NCBI GenBank assembly: GCA_039589315.1
Contig: JBDHHQ010000001.1
Span: forward strand, 103,995 to 167,994
Length of the DNA: 64,000 bases
Direction: 5' to 3'
Source: Gemmatimonadota bacterium
Lineage (GTDB): Bacteria > Gemmatimonadota > Gemmatimonadetes > Longimicrobiales > Gaopeijiaceae
The first letter of the stretch is position 1; each line of letters opens with the position of its first letter. Positions 50,861-60,797 of the stretch are shown here, piece by piece. A model generated the notes under the pieces. The model was given only the letters and a program-made list of their open reading frames with translations, searched no databases and was not told the DNA's origin. The position numbers and the translations under genes are program-made.

Positions 50861-52246
50861 ATGAGCGTCCACAAGATCAAGAAGGGACTCGACCTTCCGA
50901 TCGCTGGGAAGCCGTCCCAGCAGATCTTCGACGGGCCACCCGTCACTCGCGTGGCTGTCATGGCCGACGACTTCCCCGGGGTGCGGCCGGGCTTCGAAGT
51001 CGACGTCGGCGATCAGGTCCGGCGCGGCCAGGTGCTGTTCCGGGACCGGAAACGCGGAGAGGTGCCGCACACCGCCCCCGGCGCCGGTACCGTCGTGGCC
51101 ATCAACCGCGGGGCCAGACGGGCGCTGCTCTCCGTCGTGATCGAGCTGACCGAGAGCGAGCGCGAGCGGCGGCCCGACGACTCGGACTTCCGGACCTTCG
51201 AGAGCTACACGGGAGCCGATCCCGATACCCTGACCTCGGACCAGATTCGGGCGTTGCTGCTCGAGTCGGGGCTGTGGACCGCGCTCCGGGAGCGCCCGTT
51301 CTCCAAGGTGCCCACGCCGGACGCCGAGGCCCCCCACGCCCTTTTCGTCACGGCCGCGGACACGCACCCGCTGGCTGCGGACCCGGAGGTGGCGCTGGGT
51401 GGCCAGCGCGACGACTTCGACCAGGGCCTGGGGTTGCTGGCGAAGCTCACGGAAGGGACCACCTACCTCTGCGTCTCCAAGGGCTCGTCCATCTCCCAGG
51501 GGCTCCGGGCTCAGGTGCAAATCGAGGAGTTCACGGGTCCCCATCCGGCCGGTACCGCCGGGATCCACATCCACCGTCTGGCTCCGGTGAGCCGGGCCCG
51601 CACCGTGTGGTGGATCGGTTATCAGGACGTGGCGAGCGTCGGCCGCCTGTTCAGCACGGGGCGTCTCGACCTCGATCGTGTGGTGGCCTTGGGTGGTCCG
51701 CCCCTGGCCAAGCCCCGCCTCGTCCGGACGCGGGCCGGTGCGTCGACCCACGAGCTGCTGGCCGACGAGGAAGCCGGGTTGGGCGACGTCCGCTACATCT
51801 CCGGCTCGGTGTTGAGCGGCAAGAAGGCCATGGGGGAGGTCTACGGCTTCATCGGCCGCTACGACAACCAGCTCAGTGTAATCGAAGAAGCCAGGGAGCG
51901 GGAGTTCCTCGGGTGGCTGTCTCCGGGCGCGAAGAAGTACTCCATGCTGCCCATCTACGTCTCGGGGATCCTCCGGCCCAAGGAGATGGACTTCAACACC
52001 AGCACCAACGGATCCGAGCGCGCCATCGTCCCCATCGGCATGTACGAGTCGGTCATGCCCTTCGACATGGTGACTACCTATCTGCTGCGGGCCCTGGCGG
52101 TGGGAGACGTCGAGACCGCGGAGGAGCTCGGGTGCCTGGAGTTGGACGAGGAGGACCTAGCGCTCTGCACGTTCGTCGACGCCGGTAAGAACGATTTCGG
52201 TCCAATTCTGCGAAAGAACCTCGAGATCATCGAGAGAGAAGGCTGA
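50861..52246 (+). CDS. nqrA: Na+-translocating NADH:quinone reductase subunit A
   Basis: IKKGLDLPIAG, GPHPAG, ELDEEDLALC. Confidence 0.95.
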   Translation: MSVHKIKKGLDLPIAGKPSQQIFDGPPVTRVAVMADDFPGVRPGFEVDVGDQVRRGQVLFRDRKRGEVPHTAPGAGTVVAINRGARRALLSVVIELTESERERRPDDSDFRTFESYTGADPDTLTSDQIRALLLESGLWTALRERPFSKVPTPDAEAPHALFVTAADTHPLAADPEVALGGQRDDFDQGLGLLAKLTEGTTYLCVSKGSSISQGLRAQVQIEEFTGPHPAGTAGIHIHRLAPVSRARTVWWIGYQDVASVGRLFSTGRLDLDRVVALGGPPLAKPRLVRTRAGASTHELLADEEAGLGDVRYISGSVLSGKKAMGEVYGFIGRYDNQLSVIEEAREREFLGWLSPGAKKYSMLPIYVSGILRPKEMDFNTSTNGSERAIVPIGMYESVMPFDMVTTYLLRALAVGDVETAEELGCLELDEEDLALCTFVDAGKNDFGPILRKNLEIIEREG

Positions 52247-53466
52247 TGAAGCTCGTTCGTCGACAGCTGGACCGGCTCGAGCACCTCTTCGCTGAGGGCT
52301 CCAAGCTCGAGAAGCTCTATCCGGTCTTCGAGATGATGGACACCATCCTCTACACGCCGGGGACCGTCACCCGCACGTCTTCGCACGTGCGCGACGGCAT
52401 GGACCTGAAGCGGATGATGTTCACGGTGGTCATCGCCCTCCAACCGATCATGTTCTGGGCGATGTTCAACGCCGGCTACCAGGCCGCCGTCGCCATCTCC
52501 GCGGGGGCGGCACCGCTGGAGAACTGGCAGACCTGGATCTACATGGACCTCCTGGGTCTGTCGTTCGATCCCGGCAACTACGCCACGTGCTTCCTGTACG
52601 GGGCCCTGTACTTCGTGCCGATCGTCGCGGTGGTGAACGCGGCGGGTGGCGCCGTCGAGGTGGCCTTCGCCGTGGCCCGCAAGCACGAGGTCAACGAGGG
52701 TTTCCTGGTTACCGGGGCGCTGATCCCGCTCATCGTGCCACCGGCGATTCCGCTGTGGATGGTGGCCCTGGGGACCGCCTTCGGCGTCGTGTTCGCCAAG
52801 GAGGTGTTCGGCGGCACCGGGATGAACTTCCTCAACCCCGCACTCACCGCCCGGGCGTTCCTGTTCTTCGCCTATCCCGCGGACATCTCGGGCGACGCGC
52901 CGTGGATCGCGGCCGACTTCATGGGGGTCGACAACTTCGCGGGCGCCACGATCCTGGCAGACTCGGCCGCCAACTTCGGCGCCTGGGAGAACTGGGACTG
53001 GTGGAACGCGTTCATCGGACTGGTGCCGGGATCGCTGGGTGAGACCTCGGCGCTCTTGTGCATCGTGGGTGCGGGCCTCCTGATCTTCACCAAGATCGGG
53101 TCCTGGCGCACCATGGCGGGCGTGACCGTCGGGACCTTCGTGGCGGTGTTGCTGCTGAACTGGGTCGGGTCCGGCACGAACCCCATGTTCGCCATGCCCT
53201 TCCACTGGCACATCGTGGCGGGCGGCTGGATGTTCGGCACGGTCTTCATGGCCACCGATCCCGTGTCCAGCGCCTACACCGACAGCGGCAAGTGGTGGTA
53301 CGGCATCGGCATCGGCCTGATGGCCGTCCTCGTGCGCGTCGTGAACCCGGCGTATCCCGAGGGCATGATGCTGGCGATCCTGTTCATGAACATGTTTGCC
53401 CCGCTCATCGATCACTTCGTGATACGCTCGAACGTGAAGCGGAGGATGGCGCGCTATGCAAGCTAG
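52246..53466 (+). CDS. nqrB: Na+-NQR subunit B
   Basis: HVRD..DLKR, KEVFGGTG.N, GAT FMN site, MATDP, YPEG. Confidence 0.95.
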   Translation: MKLVRRQLDRLEHLFAEGSKLEKLYPVFEMMDTILYTPGTVTRTSSHVRDGMDLKRMMFTVVIALQPIMFWAMFNAGYQAAVAISAGAAPLENWQTWIYMDLLGLSFDPGNYATCFLYGALYFVPIVAVVNAAGGAVEVAFAVARKHEVNEGFLVTGALIPLIVPPAIPLWMVALGTAFGVVFAKEVFGGTGMNFLNPALTARAFLFFAYPADISGDAPWIAADFMGVDNFAGATILADSAANFGAWENWDWWNAFIGLVPGSLGETSALLCIVGAGLLIFTKIGSWRTMAGVTVGTFVAVLLLNWVGSGTNPMFAMPFHWHIVAGGWMFGTVFMATDPVSSAYTDSGKWWYGIGIGLMAVLVRVVNPAYPEGMMLAILFMNMFAPLIDHFVIRSNVKRRMARYAS

Positions 53467-54238
53467 TCCGCTCAGAACGATCCTCTTCGCGGGCGCGGTC
53501 TGCGTCGTCTGCTCGATCTTCGTGGCGAGCTCGGCGGTGGCGCTGAAGGACCGGCAGGAGGAGAACCGCCTCTTGGACCTCAGGTCCAAAGTGCTGCTGG
53601 TGGCCGACCTGGCAGCGCCTGGCGAAAAGCTCGAACGCGACCGGATCAACCAGCTCTTCGAGAACAACCTCACCGCCCGGGTCATCAACCTGGAGACGGG
53701 CGAGTACGCCGACGACATCGATCCCGTGGTGTTCGACCAGCGGGCGGCCACGCAGGATCCCGCCCGAAGCGAGATCGCGCCGGCCAACCCGGCCAAGGTG
53801 AGCCGGCTCCCCGACAATGCGTTGATCTACCAGTTGCTCGACGGTGATCGGGTGGAGCGGCTGATCCTCCCCGTCCAGGGCTACGGGCTCTGGTCCACGC
53901 TGTACGGCTTCGTGGGCCTCAGCTCCGATCTCGAGACGATCACCGGCATCACGTTCTACGAGCACGGCGAGACCGCCGGCTTGGGCGGCGAGGTCGACAA
54001 CCTGAATTGGCAGGCGCTCTGGCCCGGTCGTAGGGCGTTCGACGACCAGTGGGTGCCCCAGATCGAGGTGATCAAGGGGGTCGCAGGACCGCCGGAGAGC
54101 GACCCGTACCGGGTCGACGGGCTGGCAGGCGCGACCCTCACGTCCCGGGGCGTGACCAACCTGCTCCGCTTCTGGCTCGGCGAGAACGGATTCGGGCCCT
54201 ACCTGGACCAATACCGGGCCGAAAGGGGGATCAGTTGA
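53456..54238 (+). CDS. nqrC: Na+-NQR subunit C
   Basis: [22 protein letters not shown]. Confidence 0.95.
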   Translation: MQASPLRTILFAGAVCVVCSIFVASSAVALKDRQEENRLLDLRSKVLLVADLAAPGEKLERDRINQLFENNLTARVINLETGEYADDIDPVVFDQRAATQDPARSEIAPANPAKVSRLPDNALIYQLLDGDRVERLILPVQGYGLWSTLYGFVGLSSDLETITGITFYEHGETAGLGGEVDNLNWQALWPGRRAFDDQWVPQIEVIKGVAGPPESDPYRVDGLAGATLTSRGVTNLLRFWLGENGFGPYLDQYRAERGIS

Positions 54239-54906
54239 CCAAGGCGGAGCGCGAGGTCCTGCTGGACCCACTGTTCAACAACAACCCCATCGCGCTGCAG
54301 GTCCTGGGGATCTGCTCGGCGCTGGCGGTGACCACCAAGCTGAGCGTGTCGATCGTCATGAGCCTGGCCGTGGTCTTCGTGTTGGTCGGGTCGAATGTCT
54401 CGGTGAGCGCCATCCGTAAGGGGCTGCCACCCAGCATCCGGATCATCGTGGAGCTCACGATCATCGCCTCGCTGGTGATCATCGCGGACCAGATCCTGAA
54501 GGCGTTCGTCTACGACATCTGGAAGCAGCTCACGGTGTTCGTCGGGCTCATCATCACGAACTGCATCATCATGGGACGAGCCGAGGCGTTCGCCATCCAG
54601 AACCCCGTCAGGCTGTCATTCCTGGACGCCGTGGGGAATGCAGCGGGATACAGCTTGATTCTGCTCGTGGTGGCGTTCTTCCGGGAGCTCTTCGGCACCG
54701 GCCAGCTACTCGGTTTCACGGTCCTGAAGGCGACCAAGGACGGGGGCTGGTACGAGCCCAACGGCATGATGGTGCTTTCACCGGCCGCGTTCCTGCTGAT
54801 CGGACTGTTCATCTGGGTGGTGCGCTGGAAGAAGCCGGACCAGATCGAGGACGAGTTCCACCTGGGGCACCTCCTGGAGCCCCACGAAGTCAGCCTGCTG
54901 AGGTAG
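54235..54906 (+). CDS. nqrD: Na+-NQR subunit D
   Basis: [36 protein letters not shown] start. Confidence 0.94.
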   Translation: MTKAEREVLLDPLFNNNPIALQVLGICSALAVTTKLSVSIVMSLAVVFVLVGSNVSVSAIRKGLPPSIRIIVELTIIASLVIIADQILKAFVYDIWKQLTVFVGLIITNCIIMGRAEAFAIQNPVRLSFLDAVGNAAGYSLILLVVAFFRELFGTGQLLGFTVLKATKDGGWYEPNGMMVLSPAAFLLIGLFIWVVRWKKPDQIEDEFHLGHLLEPHEVSLLR

Positions 54907-54910
54907 AGCC

Positions 54911-55525
54911 ATGGTCCAGCATTACCTGAGCCTCCTGACGACGGCCATCTTCGTCGAGAACCTGGCCCTGGCGTTCTTCCTGGGCATGTGCTCGTTCCTG
55001 GCCGTATCGCGGAAAGTGGACACTGCCATCGGCCTGGGCTTCGCCGTGATCTTCGTGCTGGGGATCACGGTGCCCCTGAATCAGCTCATCAACCAGACGC
55101 TGCTCAAGCCCGGTTCGCTGGCATGGCTCGGGCTCGATCCCGTGCCCGACGTCTCGTTCCTGACGTACCTGTTCATGATCGGGACCATTGCCGCGACGGT
55201 GCAGCTGGTGGAAATGGCGGTCGACAAGTACGCGCCGAAGCTCTACAACGCCCTGGGCGTGTTCCTGCCGCTCATCGCCGTGAACTGCGCGATCCTGGGG
55301 GCCGCCCTGTTCATGGTCAACCGGGACTACACGTTCGGAGAGGCGACGGCGTATGGGTTGGGCTCGGGCATCGGCTGGGCGCTGGCCATCATCGGCTTGG
55401 CCGCGGTCCGCGAGCGGATCCGCTACTCGAACGTACCGGCGCCGCTTCGGGGCCTGGGGATCACCTTCATCGTGGTGGGCCTGATGTCGCTGGGGTTCAT
55501 GGCGTTCTCGGGGATTCAACTGTGA
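54911..55525 (+). CDS. nqrE: Na+-NQR subunit E
   Basis: [27 protein letters not shown]. Confidence 0.95.
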   Translation: MVQHYLSLLTTAIFVENLALAFFLGMCSFLAVSRKVDTAIGLGFAVIFVLGITVPLNQLINQTLLKPGSLAWLGLDPVPDVSFLTYLFMIGTIAATVQLVEMAVDKYAPKLYNALGVFLPLIAVNCAILGAALFMVNRDYTFGEATAYGLGSGIGWALAIIGLAAVRERIRYSNVPAPLRGLGITFIVVGLMSLGFMAFSGIQL

Positions 55526-56745
55526 ACACGATCTTACTGGGGGTCGTCTTCTTCACCCTCGTCATCCTGGCGCTGGTGGTGGTGCTGCTCGCGGCCCGCA
55601 GCCGGTTGGTGGCCAGCGGCGCTGTGCACATCACCATCAACGAAGGCGGGGAGCACGACCTCGAGACGACAGCCGGCAGCACGTTGCTGAACACGTTGGC
55701 GGCGGAGCAGATCTTCATCCCGTCCGCTTGCGGTGGCGGCGGCACCTGCGGCGTCTGCAAGGTGAAGGTGCTGGAAGGCGGCGGCGCGCTGCTCCCCACC
55801 GAGGAGAGCCACATCACCCGGGGCGAGGCCCGGGAGGGTTGGCGGCTGTCGTGCCAGGTGAAGGTCAAGCAGGATATCGCCATCGAGGTCGAGGAGGAGC
55901 TCTTCGAGGTCAGGCGGTGGACGTGCACCGTGCGCTCGAACCACAACGTGGCCACCTTCATCAAGGAGCTGATCCTGGAGCTGCCCGAGGGCGAGGAAGT
56001 GCCCTTCCGGGCGGGTGGCTACATCCAGATCGAGGCGCCGCCCCACAGGGTCGAGTACAAGGACTTCGACGTCGAAGAGGAGTACCGGGGCGACTGGGAC
56101 AAGTACGATCAGTGGAAGTACGTGTCCGTCGTTGACGAGCCCATCTCCCGGGCGTACTCCATGGCGAACTATCCGGAGGAGGAGGGCATCATCATGCTCA
56201 ACGTCCGGATCGCCTCGCCGCCACCCCGCATGCCGGACGTGCCTCCCGGACAGATGTCGTCCTACATCTTCAACATGAAGCCGGGCGACAAGGTGGACAT
56301 CACCGGGCCGTTCGGGGAGTTCTTCGCCCGGGAGACCGACAAGGAGATGGTCTTCGTGGGCGGTGGAGCCGGCATGGCCCCCATGCGGTCCCACATCCTC
56401 GATCAGTTTCGGCGGATCCACACGGACCGGAAGATCACGTTCTGGTACGGTGCCCGGAGCCGGCGGGAGTCGTTCTACGAAGAGGACTTCGACGCGATCG
56501 CGGAGCAGAACGACAACTTCGAGTGGCACCTGGCGCTATCCGAGCCGCTGCCCGAAGACGACTGGACCGGCAAGACCGGCTTCATCCATCAGGTGTTGTA
56601 CGACAGCTACCTGAAGGACCACAGGGCACCCGAGGACTGCGAATACTACCTGTGCGGCCCGCCGCTCATGATCGCCGCGTGCAAGAAGATGCTCATTGAC
56701 CTGGGCGTCGAAGAGAAGGACATCATGCTGGACGACTTCGGTTGA
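55522..56745 (+). CDS. nqrF: Na+-NQR subunit F
   Basis: [10 protein letters not shown] 2Fe-2S motif, [24 protein letters not shown]. Confidence 0.96.
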   Translation: MNTILLGVVFFTLVILALVVVLLAARSRLVASGAVHITINEGGEHDLETTAGSTLLNTLAAEQIFIPSACGGGGTCGVCKVKVLEGGGALLPTEESHITRGEAREGWRLSCQVKVKQDIAIEVEEELFEVRRWTCTVRSNHNVATFIKELILELPEGEEVPFRAGGYIQIEAPPHRVEYKDFDVEEEYRGDWDKYDQWKYVSVVDEPISRAYSMANYPEEEGIIMLNVRIASPPPRMPDVPPGQMSSYIFNMKPGDKVDITGPFGEFFARETDKEMVFVGGGAGMAPMRSHILDQFRRIHTDRKITFWYGARSRRESFYEEDFDAIAEQNDNFEWHLALSEPLPEDDWTGKTGFIHQVLYDSYLKDHRAPEDCEYYLCGPPLMIAACKKMLIDLGVEEKDIMLDDFG

Positions 56746-56832
56746 TCCGAAGCGGGCTCGGCCGAGCCGACTGCGGTTGATCCGCCGCGGGCCCGACGTT
56801 GCGCGTCTCCAACTGATCGGTAGCGGTCCAGC

Positions 56833-57927
56833 ATGACCAGCGAGAGTCTGGATCCGAGATTGAGCCCGAAGGGGAAGGTCCTGCTTCCCATCGGGCTCCT
56901 TCTTCTCATCGGCTTCACGGTCCACCGGTTCTTCATCGCCGAGACCCCGCCGCTGACCATCGAGATCAGCGGGCCCATCATGGGCACGAGCTACTCGGTC
57001 AAGCTGGACGTGCCGTCGCTGAACCTGGACGATCGGGAGCTGGTGGCCAGTGTGATCCGTGCGCGCCTGGACGAGGTGAACGGCCTCATGTCCACCTACG
57101 ACCCCGAATCGGAGCTGTCCCGCTTCAACGCCAGCCGCACGACCGAGCCCCAACCCATGTCGGCCGCCACACTCGAGGTGTTCGAGGTGGCCGAGCGGGT
57201 GAGCGCCGCGTCCGGGGGTGCGCTGGACGTGACCGTGGGCCCGCTGGTAGAGGCGTGGGGGTTCGGGGTGGCCGGACAGCCTCCGGAGCCTCCGTCCGAC
57301 GAGCTGCTGACCGAGCTGGCCGAGCGGGTCGGGTACCGGCTTCTCAGCGTGGACACCGACGGCGGCACGCTCGCCAAGGCCAATCCGGAGGTCGAGGCCG
57401 ATCTCTCGGCGGTGGCGAAGGGGTACGCGGTGGACCGGGTGGCCGAGGCGCTGGATTCGCTCGGCTACCACCGGTACCTGGTCGAGGTGGGCGGCGAGCT
57501 CAAGGCCGGCGACGCCAAGGCGGACGGGAGCTCGTGGCGCGTGGCCATCGAGACGCCCAACGCTGCCGTTCGTCAGATCTACGGGGTCGTGGAGCTGGCC
57601 AGGGAAGGGGTGGCCACGTCCGGCGATTACCGGAACTTCTACGAGTTGGACGGGGTTGAGTACGCACACCTGATCGACCCCCGAACGTCCCGACCCGCAC
57701 GGCATTCCGGGGCCTCGGTGAGCGTCATCCACCCCAGCACCACCGCCGCCGACGCCTGGGCGACGGCGCTCAGCGTCCTGGGTCCGGAAGAGGGGTTCGA
57801 GGTAGCGGAGCGCGTGGGGTTGGCAGCATTATTCATCACGCGGAGCGCAGACGAATTCACTGCCCGCGCGACGACGGAGTTCGGGGATCGGCATCAGGTG
57901 GCCGGGGAGCGGCGTGGCGGCAGTTGA
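56833..57927 (+). CDS. apbE: FAD:protein FMN transferase
   Basis: MGTSY, DLSAVAKGYAVD, ATSGDYRN, HLIDP, ADAWATA. Confidence 0.93.
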   Translation: MTSESLDPRLSPKGKVLLPIGLLLLIGFTVHRFFIAETPPLTIEISGPIMGTSYSVKLDVPSLNLDDRELVASVIRARLDEVNGLMSTYDPESELSRFNASRTTEPQPMSAATLEVFEVAERVSAASGGALDVTVGPLVEAWGFGVAGQPPEPPSDELLTELAERVGYRLLSVDTDGGTLAKANPEVEADLSAVAKGYAVDRVAEALDSLGYHRYLVEVGGELKAGDAKADGSSWRVAIETPNAAVRQIYGVVELAREGVATSGDYRNFYELDGVEYAHLIDPRTSRPARHSGASVSVIHPSTTAADAWATALSVLGPEEGFEVAERVGLAALFITRSADEFTARATTEFGDRHQVAGERRGGS

Positions 57928-58055
57928 GCCGCAGAGGTCAACGGCAGTCGAGCCGTAGACATAGAGAGACGTGGCGGGTCGATCAGCGACACCGGGCAGC
58001 GCGGACAGACCCCGGGTCCAGGTCAACGCCGCTAAAACGAGACAGGGATCACCCG

Positions 58056-58241
58056 ATGGCGATTACCATTGCGATCACCGTGGTGGCCGTAGCCTGGATC
58101 ATGATCGGGCTGGCGGCAGGGACCATGGTTGGCCGGACCAGCTTGAAGGGCTCCTGCGGGGGTCTGGGGGGTGGTGCTTGCGCCTGCGGCAAGGCGCCTG
58201 GGGAGGGGTGTGAGCTGGAGGCAGCGGAGGAGGCGGCCTGA
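58056..58241 (+). CDS. nqrM: Na+-NQR maturation factor NqrM (DUF539)
   Basis: TM helix followed by LKGSCGGL and further Cys; follows apbE. Confidence 0.8.
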   Translation: MAITIAITVVAVAWIMIGLAAGTMVGRTSLKGSCGGLGGGACACGKAPGEGCELEAAEEAA

Positions 58242-58384
58242 GCGGGCGCTCTTCACGGTTGCACAGGCGTCGGCTCGAGGAGAGTCGCCGTTGGGCCCTT
58301 CGAGCCCGGACCCCACAGTTTCGGATAGGCCCGAAGGCACCAGGCCTACGGGACCGCGCAGCTCCTCAACCCAGGAGGTGAATC

Positions 58385-58886
58385 ATGATCAATGCCCACC
58401 TGTTCACCGCCCGGGACATCATGGCCACCAAGCTGGTCACGCTCTCTCCCGAGACATCGATCTTCGACGCCATCACGATGCTCCTCAAGAACAAGTTCTC
58501 GGGTGCGCCCGTCGTGGAGAAGGACGGCACGCTCTGCGGCGTCCTGTCGGAGAAGGACTGCATGCGGGTTCTGGCCGGCGGGAGCTACGATCACCGCGAC
58601 GGTGAGGAGCTGATCTCAGTGGCGGCGTTCATGAGCCGCCATCTGATCACCATCAAGCTCGACGACGGCATCTACCACATCGTCGACACCTTCGACAAGC
58701 ACAACGTGCGGAGGTTGCCGGTGGTGGAGAACGGCCGTCTGGTGGGGCAGGTGAGTCGCCGCGACGTCCTCCGAGCTCATGCAGTATTACGCTCAGCCGC
58801 TTCCGGTGGACCGCCGGGCGCCCAGGAGCTTCTTCAGCGTCACGGGGCACGAGGCGTCGGAGCTGGGGGCGAAGCTGAGGCGGTAG
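58385..58886 (+). pseudogene. CBS-domain pair protein with an apparent +1 frameshift near 58778
   Basis: SGAPVV, RRLPVV, GQVSRRDVLRA; the tail MQYY...LRR* lies in the +1 frame. Confidence 0.7.
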
Positions 58887-58916
58887 GGGGGAGCGTTCAG
58901 GCGCCACTCAGCCGCC

Positions 58917-58997
58917 GCCTAACGCGGCAGTCTCAGCCCCTTCTCAACGCCGTTGCGCGCCGCTCACGCCGCCTGAAGAGAGCCAGGGGAGTTCGGC
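58917..58997 (-). mobile_element. attC-like site directly after vapC
   Basis: Minus strand GCCGAAC...GTTAGGC, 81 bp imperfect palindrome starting 2 nt after the stop codon. Confidence 0.4.
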
Positions 58998-58999
58998 CT

Positions 59000-59356
59000 T
59001 CACTCGAGCAGTTCGAATCCAGCCTCTTCGAAGTCTGGATCGAAGGCGAACGCGCGGCGAACCGCGGATCTCCGCATCACTTCGAAGCTCGCGCAGTCCA
59101 CGAGGCTGAGGTGCTCCTCCTCACCGATCCACACGACCTCGACCGCTGGAAGCACGTCGAGGGTGAAGGTCCGGAGCGCAGCGACGCCCAGTCGATGCCG
59201 CACCAGCGCCGAGGTTTCCACCACGACGTAGTTGGTAGTCAGCAATCGCTCCTGCTTTTCCAGCTGGGCCCGCCAGATCGCCGCCGCTTCGTCGTAGTAC
59301 CGGTCATCCCGATCGACCAGGGCGTAGAACGCCGAAGTATCGACGAATACGCTCAT
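59000..59356 (-). CDS. vapC: PIN-domain (VapC) toxin
   Basis: VFVDTS, TNYVVVET, SLVDC, FDPDF. Confidence 0.88.
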   Translation of the reverse strand: MSVFVDTSAFYALVDRDDRYYDEAAAIWRAQLEKQERLLTTNYVVVETSALVRHRLGVAALRTFTLDVLPAVEVVWIGEEEHLSLVDCASFEVMRRSAVRRAFAFDPDFEEAGFELLE

Positions 59357-59607
59357 TCGCGGTAAGCGTCCGCTAGATGCCGGTCGTGATCCGCTGCGCC
59401 CGAAGCGTCTCCTGAGGCGTAGGCGCCGACGGCGGCCAACGCGCGCTCCCGCACTAGCTCGGGCGGCAAGGCACGTCCTTCGAGGAGCCGGTCCACGGCC
59501 TGCCGGACTAGCGATGACATGGACTCTCCCTCAGCCGTGGCCAACGAGCGTAGGGCTTCGAGCTGTGCGGTCGTGAGCTGCACTTGGGTCCTTGCTAATG
59601 ATGTCAT
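59353..59607 (-). CDS. Ribbon-helix-helix (CopG-like) antitoxin
   Basis: RTQVQLT...SMSSLVRQAVD...DHDRHL; ATGA overlap with vapC. Confidence 0.85.
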   Translation of the reverse strand: MTSLARTQVQLTTAQLEALRSLATAEGESMSSLVRQAVDRLLEGRALPPELVRERALAAVGAYASGDASGAADHDRHLADAYRE

Positions 59608-59638
59608 GATGACAATCTAATACATCATACCATCATCA
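59598..59638. promoter_or_regulatory. Probable TA autoregulatory operator
   Basis: AT-rich; palindrome TGTCAT-G-ATGACA (59602-59614) plus ATGATG/CATCAT repeats over the antitoxin start. Confidence 0.55.
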
Positions 59639-59719
59639 GGGGAGTTCATCCCCCGCGGAGTATGCTGCAACCGAGAATCGCCCAATCTGGCGGGCATGGG
59701 GATGGAGGAATGAGCCATG

Positions 59720-59739
59720 GACGTTTCCGCGGAAACGTC
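59720..59739. repeat. Perfect 20-bp palindrome GACGTTTCCGCGGAAACGTC (copy 1)
   Basis: Read directly; 18-bp core recurs at 60700. Confidence 0.9.
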
Positions 59740-60297
59740 GAATCGAGTGCCGCCCCACTGGGGGCAGCGCGCTTTCCTCAAGCAAGGGAGGCCATCGCCA
59801 GACATGCCGAGGGCCATCCCACAGTGAGTCGGTCGCGATCAACTGTGTCATCGAGATACGCGGGCGTGTCGATCACCAGCAACCGGAGTCGCATCCACCC
59901 GGATCAGGTCACCGAGACTCGCGTCGGCCGCTCTCGCACATGCGAGCGTCCCAAAGCGCCATGGACGGCTTCCAGAAGCCGGATCTCCGGCGGTCTCGGA
60001 CCCGGTGCTGAAGCGGCTCCAGGGGCTGCTGGCTAGTTCTCTCGTCGCGCTCTTCCGGTGCTGATGCCTGCGACGTCTCGATAGGCCTCCGTTGCGCCTC
60101 CAGGGAGCCGCGAGAGTGTCGCAAAACCCCCCGTTATCTTCCTCTATATCGTTGTCATAAAATGTCATAGGGGGATGAATGGGGCTGGATGCGGGGGTGC
60201 TCGAGCGGCGGCGGAGCGGGGTCGACTGGGCGGTGAGCACGCCGAATCGGCCGAGGTCGAAGCCGGCAGGGAACAGTGGAGAGGCCGGGGTTGGAGT

Positions 60298-60620
60298 CAT
60301 TGGGCAGACGGAGGGAGGACCAAGCTGGACAACCTGGTGCTTCTGTGCCGAAGGCATCACAGGGCTATCCACGAGGAGGGTTTTCGGGTGGAGCTGGGGC
60401 CGGTAGGCCGAGCCAGTTTCTACGATTCCCGAGGACTGCCGCTACCGGACGTGCCCAACCCCGTGTACGTGGGAGAACGGCCCGTCGAAGCGCTGATCCG
60501 ACGCAACCGAATCAGGGGTGTGAAGCCGGACGCTTGGGCCAGCGCCGCGTGGTACAGGCGAGAGATCGACATCCCATGGGCCACGAGGCGGCGGCCAGGG
60601 AAGCGCTGGATTCGGGGTGA
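60298..60620 (+). pseudogene. C-terminal relic of an HNH endonuclease (DUF222-type)
   Basis: HWADGGRTKLDNLVLLCRRHHRAIHE; N-terminus missing; frameshift near the 3' end. Confidence 0.75.
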
Positions 60621-60699
60621 GAGCTGAGAAGAAGTCGAGCAGTGTCACGGCTGTGTGAATTGCGGGGGCCCGGGGGAACGATGACCCCGCGGTACCCGA

Positions 60700-60717
60700 A
60701 CGTTTCCGCGGAAACGT
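60700..60717. repeat. Perfect 18-bp palindrome ACGTTTCCGCGGAAACGT (copy 2)
   Basis: Read directly. Confidence 0.9.
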
Positions 60718-60797
60718 ACCGCCGCACTTCGCGATACCGGTGTCTACGGAGCCACCCGGTTGAACCAGCCGCCCGTCAGGGTGATCTTCGGAGGCCT

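Noticed and set aside
433..57732. Many long antisense or alternate-frame ORFs (e.g. 1313-3748, 33373-36051, 43339-45756)
   Set aside because: Shadows of high-GC coding genes; Arg/Pro/Gly-rich with no family motifs
58385..59365. 326 aa CBS fusion ORF
   Set aside because: The extension is the antisense of vapC, produced by a frameshift near 58778
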